A stretch of DNA of 64,000 bases. It comes from an uncultured Gammaproteobacteria bacterium. Lineage in GTDB: Bacteria > Pseudomonadota > Gammaproteobacteria > Eutrophobiales > Eutrophobiaceae. Both the position numbers and the translations under genes were made by a program. Positions within the stretch are counted from its first letter, which is position 1, and each line of letters starts with the position of its first letter. Location: positions 989,389 to 1,053,388 of the forward strand of contig CALSOP010000002.1 of NCBI GenBank assembly GCA_943788005.1, read 5' to 3'. The notes beneath the pieces were generated by a model. It did not search any database. It saw nothing but the letters and a program-made list of their open reading frames with translations, and was not told the DNA's origin. Shown here one piece after another: positions 49,779 to 60,619 of this stretch.

Positions 49779-50699
49779 ATGATTAAATCCAGATTAAAAT
49801 TAATTGCGAAAGGGTTTTGCGTTGGATCTGCCGATGTTGTTCCTGGCGTAAGTGGTGGGACAATGGCTTTCATTCTGGGTATCTACCCACAATTAATCAA
49901 TGCGATTAAATCATTCGATAGTGAATGGCTGAGAATGATCGTTACTATAAATGTAAAAGGTATACTCAATCGGCCTCATTTTAGCTTTTTAATCCCATTA
50001 GGAATAGGCGCTGTTAGTGCATTATTGTTTTTTACTCGCATAGTGCCGTTACCTACATTAATTCGTACTCAACCAGAAATTATTTACGGTCTGTTCTTTG
50101 GGCTTGTGCTGGGTTCAATCGTTCTCTTGTTTCGTCATCTTGGTTCGTACTTATTGTTTAAACGTGCTCTTTTTTTAATAATTGGTATTTCATTTGGTGG
50201 TTTTGTTGTCACGATGGTTCCAGCATCAACACCGGACGATACCTGGTTTATTTTCTTATGTGGTGCTATTGCAATATCAGCAATGATATTACCTGGAATA
50301 TCAGGCTCATTTATATTATTAATGTTAAAGAAATATGCCTATATTTTTAATGCGATAGGCCATTTTGATTTTTCAATTATACTGCCTTTTATGCTGGGTA
50401 TAATTACCGGGGTTGTTTTATTCAGCCGACTTCTTTCATATGTATTAAAAAAATTCTATCAGCAGACCATTCTTTTTATTACTGGTTTATTGATCGCCTC
50501 TTTATATGTGATTTGGCCTTTTCAAACACGTTTGTATGAACTTGTCCGAAATAAAGAAAGACTGGTTTCTTCAGTACCTTACATCCCTGAAGGGTTTAGT
50601 AATCAAATATTTATTTCAATCATCATGATGATTATTGGTTTAGCTTTAGTAATTCTGCTGGATCGATATTCTGAGGATACGGCTTCAATCGGCAACTAG
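49779..50699 (+). CDS. DUF368 family membrane protein
   Basis: GVSGGTMAFILGIY and a second ISGSFILL repeat typical of DUF368. The ORF is open from TTG 49764. Confidence 0.7.
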   Translation: MIKSRLKLIAKGFCVGSADVVPGVSGGTMAFILGIYPQLINAIKSFDSEWLRMIVTINVKGILNRPHFSFLIPLGIGAVSALLFFTRIVPLPTLIRTQPEIIYGLFFGLVLGSIVLLFRHLGSYLLFKRALFLIIGISFGGFVVTMVPASTPDDTWFIFLCGAIAISAMILPGISGSFILLMLKKYAYIFNAIGHFDFSIILPFMLGIITGVVLFSRLLSYVLKKFYQQTILFITGLLIASLYVIWPFQTRLYELVRNKERLVSSVPYIPEGFSNQIFISIIMMIIGLALVILLDRYSEDTASIGN

Positions 50700-50750
50700 A
50701 CTTTGCGCGATCCTCAATCTTGATATACATTAGAAGTAAGGGGAATAGCC

Positions 50751-53192
50751 ATGCCATTATCTGAAGTTATTTTAGTTGTAATGGGTCTTTTGACCATTGC
50801 GATGATTGCAGCAGCCATCTGCAAAAATATTCCTGTGCCTTATACAGTCTTTCTGGTTATTCTTGGGATTATCCTCGGTTCAATTTCACGTCATAATCCA
50901 GAGCTTGAATTATTACTTGAATTTCAGTTAACTCCAGATCTGGTTTTATTCTTGTTTCTACCTGCCTTGATTTTTGAGTCGGCGTTAAATATGGACGCAC
51001 GTCTATTGATGAAAGATATAGTTCCGGTACTGGTGCTAGCGATTCCGGCTATGCTTATTTCGGCAGGATTGATTGGTGTTGGTCTCTGGGTGATTCAGGA
51101 TTTTAATATTTTTCATGCTTTGTTATTTGGAGCTCTAATATCGGCGACTGACCCAGTAGCTGTTATCGCACTGTTTAAGGAACTCGGTGCGCCTCAACGA
51201 TTAACTATACTCGTTGAAGGTGAATCATTATTAAATGATGCGACGGCAATTGTATTCTTCAATATTATTCTTGGTTTGGCTATCACAGAACAATTTTCAG
51301 CATCTGATGCTGGTTTTGCCGTGCTTGAGTTTTTTAGAGTGTTTTTTGGAGGACTATTTGTCGGAGGCGTAATTGGTATCATTTTGAGTGAATTGTTGTA
51401 TCGAATTAAGGCAGGCATGAGTTCTTATTTAATTATGTCGATAGTACTGGCCTACAGTAGCTTTGCTATAGCAGAACATATCATGCATGTTTCTGGTGTT
51501 ATGGCTGTTGTCGCCGCAGCGATTGCCTTGGGTATATTCGGTGTGAGTCGAATTCCACAGAGCGAGCGAGAAACAGTTGATGAAACATGGGATGTTCTGG
51601 CATTAATTTGTAATTCACTTTTATTCTTATTAGTAGGTCTGTCTGTCGATATATCCCAATTATATTCTCACCTCGACAGTATTGCGATTGCTATTGTATT
51701 GGTGTTGGGTTCTCGAGCAGCAGGGATCTATAGTATGGTGCCGGCAACAATAAAAATGTTTAAGTTGCCACATGTTTCGTTAGGTGAACGGCATATCATG
51801 TGGTGGGGTGGTTTGAAGGGTGGGCTTGCAATCGCAATTGTGCTGTCTATCCCATTAGATATGCCGGGTCGCGATACGATTCTTTATATAACACTGGGTG
51901 TTGTTTTATTTTCATTATTGATAAATGCACCAACTATTCGTCCCCTAATGCAGAAATTGGGTTTTGATAAATTCACCGGCGAAGAAGTCGCTGAATTAAA
52001 ACACGGACTGATACAGTCGCAGCATCATTCAGAAGAGATATTAGAATCATTTTACAAGGCAAATTTAATATCACGTAGTACCCAACAACTAATCCAGAAA
52101 AAGACACAACAGATATTTAACATTAGTGAAGACGAGTCGAGTAGTCATATTGAAACGCGTCATGCTTATATAACAGCGTTACGGATTGAAATGCAGGAAC
52201 TTAAGACTCTTTACGATATTGGATTTTTACAATATTACACCTACATGAATATAAAGAACTCTATGCAGCGTGACCGTGAAAACTGGGCGATTGATCCTAG
52301 TGTAGAAATACCAGTTGTGGAAAATAATAAACCTAATCTATTTGTTCGGCTTGAAAATACATTAATTAAACAATTGCGTGAACATGATTTTGCTGCAGGC
52401 ATGTTGGCCCGTTACCAGTACCTCCGTTTTTCACAGAGTTTGCAGCGCGATATTGCTGGTGTATTGATATGTGAAAAAGTTATTGAACAAATTAATCATA
52501 TTGATGACTTTGGTGTAGAACTTAAAAACCAGATTATTGATAAATATAAGCAACGTGCCATGCGTCGAAAAGGCCGATTGGAAAAGGTAGCTGAAGATTT
52601 CCCTGAGTTTTACTTACGGTTTGAAACGAGATTGTTTGCCAAGGTCGCATTAGTAACAGCCGAATTTTTCACAGAAGAAGCGCATCATAATGGCGAAATT
52701 GGTTCCAAAGTATTCTCTAATATAGACCGACGAATACATGCGGCAATTGATGCCTTGCAACCAATTTCTGACCCAGCGCCCAAGTTAAAGCCTCATGACT
52801 TGATTGGTATGGTACCTCTGTTAAATGGTCTATCGATTGATTTGCTGGAGCGTTTATCAAAGCATGCAAAGGCAATGACCTTTCTGGCTGGCGATCAAGT
52901 AATTGGCGAAGGTGAAAAGGGTGATTCACTCTATATTATTACTCATGGTCTGGTTTCGGTATATAAAGGTGGTCATGAGCATGCCCCCATTGCTGAATTA
53001 CGAGATGGTGATTTCTTTGGTGAAATGGCATTGTTAGGTACACAGGTGAGAACGGCTAATGTTAAATCGGTAAAATCAACAACCCTTTTGCGCTTAAGCC
53101 GTAAAGATGTGTTATCAATGGCTGACAAAGAACCTGAGTTAAAAGCACGACTTGAACAAATGAAGTCAGCTAGACAGTCTAGTGATTCTTGA
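50751..53192 (+). CDS. CPA1-family Na+/H+ antiporter fused to a C-terminal cyclic-nucleotide-binding domain
   Basis: 813 aa. About 400 aa of NhaP-type TM domain (ATDPVAV, LVEGESLLNDA), a long helical linker, then a CNBD with FFGEMALL...RTANV. Confidence 0.85.
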   Translation: MPLSEVILVVMGLLTIAMIAAAICKNIPVPYTVFLVILGIILGSISRHNPELELLLEFQLTPDLVLFLFLPALIFESALNMDARLLMKDIVPVLVLAIPAMLISAGLIGVGLWVIQDFNIFHALLFGALISATDPVAVIALFKELGAPQRLTILVEGESLLNDATAIVFFNIILGLAITEQFSASDAGFAVLEFFRVFFGGLFVGGVIGIILSELLYRIKAGMSSYLIMSIVLAYSSFAIAEHIMHVSGVMAVVAAAIALGIFGVSRIPQSERETVDETWDVLALICNSLLFLLVGLSVDISQLYSHLDSIAIAIVLVLGSRAAGIYSMVPATIKMFKLPHVSLGERHIMWWGGLKGGLAIAIVLSIPLDMPGRDTILYITLGVVLFSLLINAPTIRPLMQKLGFDKFTGEEVAELKHGLIQSQHHSEEILESFYKANLISRSTQQLIQKKTQQIFNISEDESSSHIETRHAYITALRIEMQELKTLYDIGFLQYYTYMNIKNSMQRDRENWAIDPSVEIPVVENNKPNLFVRLENTLIKQLREHDFAAGMLARYQYLRFSQSLQRDIAGVLICEKVIEQINHIDDFGVELKNQIIDKYKQRAMRRKGRLEKVAEDFPEFYLRFETRLFAKVALVTAEFFTEEAHHNGEIGSKVFSNIDRRIHAAIDALQPISDPAPKLKPHDLIGMVPLLNGLSIDLLERLSKHAKAMTFLAGDQVIGEGEKGDSLYIITHGLVSVYKGGHEHAPIAELRDGDFFGEMALLGTQVRTANVKSVKSTTLLRLSRKDVLSMADKEPELKARLEQMKSARQSSDS

Positions 53193-54684
53193 TAGTGGGA
53201 TTAAGTTTTGGTCTAAGCATAAAGCTCAAAAATAAGCCTAATATGCAAAGGATTAATATCGGGATATTTCCAAATTTACTATATGGTGTTTCACCAGAAA
53301 ATAGTTTTACCGTTGCAGATAATGCATGTGGTTTAAATTGCGGTGAGCGAGAAATAATCTTGCCATTATTATCAATGACAGCAGAAATTCCGGTATTGGT
53401 TGAACGTAACATATAGCGACCATTTTCTATTGCGCGAATTCTTGCCATTTGCAAGTGCTGATGCGGTGCGAATGAATCACCAAACCAGGCATCATTACTA
53501 ACGTTGATCAATATATTAGCATCAGGTAATGCTTTTCTTACTTCTGATCCGTAGGCATCTTCATAACAAATGCTCATGCCAAAGATGCCCTTGTCAGTTT
53601 CAAATAGTTTTTGATCAGGATTGCCTGAGGAAAAATCAGACATGGGTATCTTTAGGAAGCGTAGTATCTCACCGAGAAAAGATTTAAACGGCAAATATTC
53701 ACCAAAAGGAACTAGATGGTTTTTGTGATAAAAACGGTGCTTATTATCTATCAATAAAACACTGTTAAAGTAATTATTAGACTTCGGATCTTTATACGCT
53801 AGCCCACTCATGAACATAGCATCGCTAGATAGTTGTTCACTAGAAATTGGAATAATAAAATCATCAGCTAGATGATATAGAGAAGGTATCGCAGTCTCAG
53901 GCCAGATTATAAGGTCTGATGTCCAGAAGGGTTTACTTAAATCAGAATAAATTTCATAGGTTTTTTGACGTTGCTCTGGTTTCCACTTTTGTTCCTGTGG
54001 TATTGCGCCTTGGACTAGAACTATGTCTATGTCTTTTTTTAAATCGTAAGTCCAATTAATATTATTTAGTATAATAGAAGATAAACTGATAAGTATTAGT
54101 AATAATCCGCCAATCACTCTTCGCTTGCTGTCAGCATTAATCAATGTGCTTATTGCCATTGCAGATAAACAGACAAAAAATGTAATGCCGTATTCACCAA
54201 GCACTGGAGCGAAAGCCATTAAAACGCTATCAGTTTGACTTGAACCGATATTTAGCCAAGGGAATCCAGTCAACATCCATCCGCGGCACCACTCAGTTAA
54301 TAACCATAGCGCAGGTAAGGCAATAATTCTGGCATGCTTAAAGAAGCGAGTTGCTAAATAGCCACACAAAGCCGGGTATAGTGAGATATATGCGATAAAG
54401 ATGTAGGTAAATAAAAGTGCCCCAACAATATTAACGCCACCAAACAAGTTGATACTGATATGTAACCAGTTTACGCCGACTCCAAACATGGCAAAGCCAA
54501 ACAGGTAGCCAAGAATAAATGATTCGCGTGTTGAATTGGTGATTGACCAAATATAGAAAAGAACACTGAGCGAAAATATACTAATGAAATAAAGATTATA
54601 GGGTGCAAATGCAAAAGGAATAAGCGCACCTGCGACTAGAGCAGAAAGTCTTGATACGAAGTTTTTTTGTTGTAAAAATCTCAT
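53179..54684 (-). CDS. lnt: apolipoprotein N-acyltransferase
   Basis: 501 aa. N-terminal polytopic domain plus nitrilase-like domain with catalytic ICYE. Last gene of the miaB-ybeZYX-lnt string. Confidence 0.9.
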   Translation of the reverse strand: MRFLQQKNFVSRLSALVAGALIPFAFAPYNLYFISIFSLSVLFYIWSITNSTRESFILGYLFGFAMFGVGVNWLHISINLFGGVNIVGALLFTYIFIAYISLYPALCGYLATRFFKHARIIALPALWLLTEWCRGWMLTGFPWLNIGSSQTDSVLMAFAPVLGEYGITFFVCLSAMAISTLINADSKRRVIGGLLLILISLSSIILNNINWTYDLKKDIDIVLVQGAIPQEQKWKPEQRQKTYEIYSDLSKPFWTSDLIIWPETAIPSLYHLADDFIIPISSEQLSSDAMFMSGLAYKDPKSNNYFNSVLLIDNKHRFYHKNHLVPFGEYLPFKSFLGEILRFLKIPMSDFSSGNPDQKLFETDKGIFGMSICYEDAYGSEVRKALPDANILINVSNDAWFGDSFAPHQHLQMARIRAIENGRYMLRSTNTGISAVIDNNGKIISRSPQFKPHALSATVKLFSGETPYSKFGNIPILILCILGLFLSFMLRPKLNPTIKNH

Positions 54685-54719
54685 TACAGAAGACTTGTGT
54701 CTAACAGATAGACTTTTGA

Positions 54720-55589
54720 CTATTCTGTTTCAGAAGAATCGTCAGGGTCTTCTTCTGGAATTAGACGAGTAAAAAGCAACAGATGCACACGTCGTTTATC
54801 GGCTCTTAAAACTTTAATATTGAAGTCCATAAAGTCTATGCTTTCACCACGTTTTGGTAAGTGTCCAAAAGCGTTAATGACTAGGCCGCCAACTGTTTCG
54901 TATTCATCATCATTAATGTCTGTTTCAAAATAACCGTTAAATTCATCGATCGTAGTTAAGGCTTTAACGGTATAGCGATCATTGTCGTGCGTGTTAATAT
55001 TAGTCTCATCTTCTTCAAAGTCATGTTCATCTTCAATCTCGCCTATGATTTCTTCAATGACATCTTCAATAGTAACCAGACCTGCAACACCGGTATATTC
55101 ATCAATTACAATCGCCATATGATTACGGCTGGTACGAAACTCACGTAATAAGACATTCAATCGTTTGCTCTCAGGTATGAATACTGTTGCCCGCATCAGG
55201 TCTTTAATATCAAATTCTTTTTCAGGGTTTGCATAATAATGCAAAAGATCCTTAGCTAGTAATATGCCGACTATTTCGTCATTGTTATCCCCAACTACTG
55301 GGAAACGTGAATGCCCTGATTCTACTACTATAGAAAGTATGTCCTCAGGTGCAGCATCATTCTCAATAACGATCATTTGCACGCGCTGAATCATAATGTC
55401 GCGTACTTGAATCTCTGAGACATGTAATGCCCCTTCAATCATCAACAATGCATCAGCATCAAGTAGATTTCGATGTTCAGAATTTCTTAAAATCTCAATT
55501 AAGGCATCGCGATCTTCTGGTTCCCTGGAAAACAAGCTGGCTAAGTGCTTTAACCATTTTTTATAAATAACTGGTTTATCGTTTTTCAT
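54720..55589 (-). CDS. corC: CBS-pair/CorC_HlyC domain protein (Mg/Co efflux-associated CorC/YbeX)
   Basis: 289 aa with two CBS motifs and a transporter-associated C-terminal domain. Conserved operon position. Confidence 0.85.
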   Translation of the reverse strand: MKNDKPVIYKKWLKHLASLFSREPEDRDALIEILRNSEHRNLLDADALLMIEGALHVSEIQVRDIMIQRVQMIVIENDAAPEDILSIVVESGHSRFPVVGDNNDEIVGILLAKDLLHYYANPEKEFDIKDLMRATVFIPESKRLNVLLREFRTSRNHMAIVIDEYTGVAGLVTIEDVIEEIIGEIEDEHDFEEDETNINTHDNDRYTVKALTTIDEFNGYFETDINDDEYETVGGLVINAFGHLPKRGESIDFMDFNIKVLRADKRRVHLLLFTRLIPEEDPDDSSETE

Positions 55590-55594
55590 GATAC

Positions 55595-56059
55595 TTACTT
55601 TGTTTCATACGGGTTTGCATAACCTATCTTTTTCAATATTCGAATTTCTTTTGATTCCATAATGTCGGCTTGTTCATCTGATTCATGGTCATAGCCTTGC
55701 AAATGCAATACACCATGTATTACCAGATGTGCCCAGTGTGCGTCAAAAATTTTACCTTGCTGGTTAGCTTCTTGTTCTACAATTGGAGCACAAATAACAA
55801 TATCGCCTAAAAGATTTGGTGCTTGTTCCAGTATTTCGCCTACTGGGAAAGATAGTACATTCGTCGCCGTTTCTTTTTTACGCCATTCCTTGTTTAGCGC
55901 CAGACCTTCTTCTTCATCAACAATGCGGAGCGTTATTTCAGCTTCTTGATGTTTCTCGTCAAGCGCCTGTTCTACCCATTCTGTAATTAGCTTGTTAGCA
56001 GGAAGTGAATTCATGTTAGAAGCATTTTGAATTTCTATCATTTCATTCATAGTAGTCAT
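55595..56059 (-). CDS. ybeY: rRNA maturation endoribonuclease YbeY
   Basis: 154 aa. Zinc motif HGVLHLQGYDH. Confidence 0.9.
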   Translation of the reverse strand: MTTMNEMIEIQNASNMNSLPANKLITEWVEQALDEKHQEAEITLRIVDEEEGLALNKEWRKKETATNVLSFPVGEILEQAPNLLGDIVICAPIVEQEANQQGKIFDAHWAHLVIHGVLHLQGYDHESDEQADIMESKEIRILKKIGYANPYETK

Positions 56060-56065
56060 TAATAA

Positions 56066-56989
56066 TTAAACTTGATTATCAGATTTGCCTTGTTCATGTC
56101 TGTCATAGGCATTTAAGATTCTTGCAACTAATGGGTGACGAACGACATCTTTAGATTTAAAAAAAGTAAAACTTATGCCCGTTTCATCATTTAAGATATC
56201 AACAACGTGTCGAAGGCCTGATTGTTTTCCTGTTGGCAGATCAACTTGTGTTATGTCTCCGGTGATTATCGCTGTTGAATTGAATCCAATTCGAGTTAGA
56301 AACATCTTCATTTGTTCTACTGTCGTGTTCTGGGCTTCATCGAGAATGATAAATGCCTCGTTAAGTGTACGACCCCGCATGAAAGCCAATGGTGCAACTT
56401 CTATTACATTTCTTTCTATTAATTTGGCAACTTTTTCAAAGCCTAACATCTCGTACAATGCGTCATATAATGGTCGCAAATAGGGATCGACTTTTTGCAC
56501 CAAATCTCCTGGCAAGAAGCCCAGTTTTTCTCCCGCTTCTACAGCCGGCCTTACCAGTACCAATCTTCGAGCACGATCTTGTTCCATGGCTGCAACCGCA
56601 CAGGCAACAGCCAGATAAGTCTTTCCTGTACCAGCAGGGCCGATGCCGAAATTAATATCATTTTCTTGAATGTTTGACAGGTAGCGTTTTTGATTGGTTG
56701 TTCGACCCCGGATCATGCCACGTTTTGTTTTAATAGAAACTTCATCTGCAAGGTCTTCTGCCAATTCGTCTTCCATCTGCATGCTTTGCAAATGAAGATG
56801 TACACCTTCGGATGATAATGGTTCGGACTCTGTAGTGGCGTACATTTGTATAAGCAGTTGCTGAGTGAGTTGAACTGATTTTTGGCTGCCGCTAACATGG
56901 AAACTATTGCCGCGATTGTTTATTTCTACGCCCATATAACGTTCGACTTGGCGTATATGCCGATCCATAGGCCCGCACAGGTTTGACAA
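56066..56989 (-). CDS. ybeZ: PhoH-like ATPase (YbeZ)
   Basis: Walker A GPAGTGKTYLAVA. Homology (LFLEPADNQRL) continues upstream of the TTG at 56989 to about 57036 with no ATG/GTG/TTG in frame. Confidence 0.85.
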   Translation of the reverse strand: MSNLCGPMDRHIRQVERYMGVEINNRGNSFHVSGSQKSVQLTQQLLIQMYATTESEPLSSEGVHLHLQSMQMEDELAEDLADEVSIKTKRGMIRGRTTNQKRYLSNIQENDINFGIGPAGTGKTYLAVACAVAAMEQDRARRLVLVRPAVEAGEKLGFLPGDLVQKVDPYLRPLYDALYEMLGFEKVAKLIERNVIEVAPLAFMRGRTLNEAFIILDEAQNTTVEQMKMFLTRIGFNSTAIITGDITQVDLPTGKQSGLRHVVDILNDETGISFTFFKSKDVVRHPLVARILNAYDRHEQGKSDNQV

Positions 56990-57064
56990 ACGTTGGTTGT
57001 CGGCAGGTTCCAGGAATAAATCGTTTGAAGGTGTGATATTGATAATTGTCTAATTATTGATTGA

Positions 57065-58420
57065 TTAGAGATTAGCCGCCTGGTCAAGCATTTCGGGATC
57101 AGTTAAAGAGCCACGTAATGAATTTGGTAGAGCTTCAGTAATTTCAACATCAATAAACTGGCCTATAAGATCCTGCGAACCTTTAAAGTTTACGACACGA
57201 TTATTTTCAGTCCTGCCTCGAAGTTGTTCTGTATCTTTTTTTGATAGCCCTTCGACCAGAATAGTTTGAATTGTGCCGACCATCGCCGAGCTGATTTCAG
57301 CTGCTCTTTGGCTTATGCGCGTTTGTAATATTGATAGACGCTCTTTTTTGGTTTGCATTGGTGTGTCATCGGGCAGACTTGATGCGGGTGTGCCAGGTCT
57401 AGCGCTATAGATAAAACTAAATGAATGATCAAAGCCGATATCATTTATCAGATTCATTGTTTCTTCGAAGTCGTTGTCAGTCTCACCTGGGAAACCGATG
57501 ATAAAATCAGATGACATACTCAGGTTTGGTCTTATTGCACGCAGACGTTTTATTTTGTTTTTATATTCTAGTCGTGTATGACCGCGTTTCATAAGCGCAA
57601 GGATTCGATCAGAGCCGCTTTGCACAGGAAGATGTAAATGGCTCACCAGTTCTGGTACTCGGCCATAAACTTCTATGAGGCTATCTGAAAACTCCAATGG
57701 ATGTGATGTGGTAAATCGAATTCGATTAATGCCATCAATTGCAGCGACATACTCAATGAGTAACGCGAGATCCGCGATATGACCATCATGCATAACACCG
57801 CGATAAGCATTAACATTTTGTCCAAGAAGGTTTACTTCGCGTACGCCTTGTTCTGCTAATTCGACAACTTCAGTGATTACATCATCAAACGGTCGACTAA
57901 CTTCTTCTCCACGTGTGTAGGGTACGACACAAAAACTGCAATACTTACTACAGCCTTCCATAATCGAAACAAAGGCGCTTGGTCCTTCAGCTTTTGGGCT
58001 AGGCAGATTGTCGAATTTTTCAATCTCAGGAAAAGAAATATCTACAATAGATTTTCGGTTTTCTACTACATCAGAATACATTTTTGGTAGTCGATGTAAT
58101 GTCTGTGGTCCAAATACAATATCCACGAATGGTGCTCGGTCCATAATAGCGGCGCCTTCCTGACTTGCGACGCAGCCGCCAACGCCAATAACCAGATTCG
58201 GGTTGGTTTTCTTAAAAGGCCGCCAACGACCTAGCTGAGAAAAGACCTTTTCTTGTGCTTTTTCTCTGATCGAGCATGTATTTAGCAGGATCAAATCTGC
58301 CTCTGAGGGATCATCAGTACGGATCATATTATGAGCCTCTTCCAGAGAATCCAGCATTCTAGCTGAATCATACTCATTCATCTGACAACCCAAGGTTTTG
58401 ATGTATAACTTCTGGCTCAT
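57065..58420 (-). CDS. miaB: tRNA-i6A37 methylthiotransferase MiaB
   Basis: 451 aa. UPF0004 N-terminal Cys motifs, radical-SAM [20 protein letters not shown]-terminus. Confidence 0.95.
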   Translation of the reverse strand: MSQKLYIKTLGCQMNEYDSARMLDSLEEAHNMIRTDDPSEADLILLNTCSIREKAQEKVFSQLGRWRPFKKTNPNLVIGVGGCVASQEGAAIMDRAPFVDIVFGPQTLHRLPKMYSDVVENRKSIVDISFPEIEKFDNLPSPKAEGPSAFVSIMEGCSKYCSFCVVPYTRGEEVSRPFDDVITEVVELAEQGVREVNLLGQNVNAYRGVMHDGHIADLALLIEYVAAIDGINRIRFTTSHPLEFSDSLIEVYGRVPELVSHLHLPVQSGSDRILALMKRGHTRLEYKNKIKRLRAIRPNLSMSSDFIIGFPGETDNDFEETMNLINDIGFDHSFSFIYSARPGTPASSLPDDTPMQTKKERLSILQTRISQRAAEISSAMVGTIQTILVEGLSKKDTEQLRGRTENNRVVNFKGSQDLIGQFIDVEITEALPNSLRGSLTDPEMLDQAANL

Positions 58421-58547
58421 GAGTTTTCTAGTGTATCGCAGAAAAGGGTTGGCTAAATTACACGTTCTAAAGGTTTATTTCCAGCCAAAATGTGACAATA
58501 AGTGAGAAAAAACGGGGCTTTGACGACTATTGATGCCATCTGTAGGA

Positions 58548-58988
58548 CTAATCTGTCTCGTTTGTTAATTGTTTGAGTTTTGCACGGAGTTCATCCCGTT
58601 CACGGCCAATTTCTGCGGTCTCAGCCAAGGACTCAAAAGCGGAGATCTCGGCGTGTTCCGCACGCTCAATCAATGCCTGTCTTTGTTTACTTAATTCAAT
58701 CTCACGTTTACTTGGACCCATAAGGTCGCGAATAGCTTTTACAAAGCCCGAATGTTCTGACTCATCATGCCTAGAGGTAAACAATTCATCATCTGCACCA
58801 TCTTTAAAATTCGAGAATTCAGGATTAGATAAAAATTCCTGCAATTGTGACTGTATTGATGAAGCGAGTGAATTGAGTGAATTGAGTGATGGATCCAATT
58901 TCTCATGTTTAAGGATAGAGTCTACCAGTAATTTAAATTTACGGGCTTCTTGATAACCATTAATATCTGTTTCAAATTCAATCTTCAT
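58548..58988 (-). CDS. hypothetical acidic coiled-coil protein
   Basis: 146-aa intact ORF. I recognise no family. Contains a LNSLNSL tandem. Confidence 0.4.
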   Translation of the reverse strand: MKIEFETDINGYQEARKFKLLVDSILKHEKLDPSLNSLNSLASSIQSQLQEFLSNPEFSNFKDGADDELFTSRHDESEHSGFVKAIRDLMGPSKREIELSKQRQALIERAEHAEISAFESLAETAEIGRERDELRAKLKQLTNETD

Positions 58989-59080
58989 CTGGATGTGCTT
59001 GTTTCCTTATCTACTTAAAGCATAATTACAATAAATTTTAAGTCAAGCTGCGACATAAACATTATTATGTAATTAAGACG

Positions 59081-60619
59081 ATGCGCGTTATTCAAAAACT
59101 CAACATAACATTGATATTATGTTTTATTTTTTCTCTGGCTAAAGCGGAGACAGATATTTTGCGTCTCGCGATAACCACGACGACTGAAAATTCAGGTCTG
59201 ATCTCTCTGTTAAACCCTGCTTTTGAAAGTGAAAGCAATATAAAGATTAATACTATCACTGTTGGTTCCGGGCAAGCTTTACGTTTGGGAAAACAGGGCG
59301 ATGTTGATGTGTTGCTAACGCATGCGCCAGAAGATGAAAAACAATTCGTCAGATCCGGTTACGGGCTTAAGCGACACCCCGTTATGCATAATGAATTTAT
59401 TCTAGTCGGTCCAGCTGGAAACCCAGCAGGTATAAATGATACCAGTTCTATATTTGATGCATTCAATAATATATACACTGCTAGAAGTGTATTTATTTCA
59501 AGAGCCGATGACTCGGGGACGCACAAGAAAGAGTTATCCATTTGGAAAGAGAATAAACAGACACCGAATGGTGATTGGTATGTGCAAGCGGGAATGGGCA
59601 TGGGTTCTGTACTATTATTAGCAAATGAGCAAGATGCCTACACCTTGACTGATCGTGGCACCTATTTAGCATTTAAAGATAAAATAGATTTAGAAATGTA
59701 TTCTCAAGGCGCCCCAACTCTTGATAATCCATATCATGTAATTGCAGTTAATCCTGGTCGTCATCCTCACATTAATAGTGAACTAGCAGAAAAATATATT
59801 AATTTTATTGTTGGTGATAAAGCACAAAAAATTATTGCTGAGTTTAAATCAAATGGTGAGCAATTATTTTACCCCGAGACAGTTACAGAAAATACTGCGT
59901 TAGAAGTAAACACAATACATGTTAGTAGAAATTTTTTTCTGGATGCGACGATTTCTTCTTTTAATCTCATTGTCAATTTTGATAAACCATTATTTCATGT
60001 TGTCTGGACCTCATTAAAAGTTTCATTGATAGCTGTATTAATCGCGACATTGATAAGTATTCCACTTGGTGTCTTTGTAGCACTGAATAATTTCACTGGA
60101 AAAACGTTCTTATTGACATGCCTTAATACTTTAATGGCGTTACCTACAGTTGTTGTTGGTTTGTTGTTATATGGGATCTTAAACCGGCAAGGGTTGTTAG
60201 GTAGTATGAGTTTATTATATACCTCAACAGCAATAGTTATCGGTCAATGTGTATTAATCATTCCGGTTATCTGGAATCTAAGTATAGCCGCGGTTAACGG
60301 CGCTGACCCCAGATTAGCTATGACGTGTACTTCACTTGGAGCAAATTATTTACAGAGAAGCATCATCTATATGAGTGAAGTCCGATTTGCCTTAATTGCT
60401 GCTGTAGTAACTGGATTTGGACGGGCGATTGGTGAAGTAGGCATTGCTATGATGTTGGGTGGAAATATTCATGGTTATACGCGTACGATGACAACTGCGA
60501 TAGCCTTAGAGACTAGCAAAGGTGATTTTGAATTTGCGCTGGCACTTGGTTTCATGTTGCTATTTGTTGCTTTCATTATTAATAGCTTGCTCCAACAATT
60601 CCAGCTGAAGATAAAATGA
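59081..60619 (+). CDS. tungstate/molybdate-type ABC transporter: TupA-like periplasmic binding domain and TupB-like permease in a single ORF
   Basis: 512 aa. Signal peptide, SBP motif LAITTTTENSGL..., then a permease with an EAA-type loop (SLGANYLQRSIIYMSEVRF...GRAIGEVG). There is no stop and no internal ATG between the domains. Confidence 0.65.
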   Translation: MRVIQKLNITLILCFIFSLAKAETDILRLAITTTTENSGLISLLNPAFESESNIKINTITVGSGQALRLGKQGDVDVLLTHAPEDEKQFVRSGYGLKRHPVMHNEFILVGPAGNPAGINDTSSIFDAFNNIYTARSVFISRADDSGTHKKELSIWKENKQTPNGDWYVQAGMGMGSVLLLANEQDAYTLTDRGTYLAFKDKIDLEMYSQGAPTLDNPYHVIAVNPGRHPHINSELAEKYINFIVGDKAQKIIAEFKSNGEQLFYPETVTENTALEVNTIHVSRNFFLDATISSFNLIVNFDKPLFHVVWTSLKVSLIAVLIATLISIPLGVFVALNNFTGKTFLLTCLNTLMALPTVVVGLLLYGILNRQGLLGSMSLLYTSTAIVIGQCVLIIPVIWNLSIAAVNGADPRLAMTCTSLGANYLQRSIIYMSEVRFALIAAVVTGFGRAIGEVGIAMMLGGNIHGYTRTMTTAIALETSKGDFEFALALGFMLLFVAFIINSLLQQFQLKIK

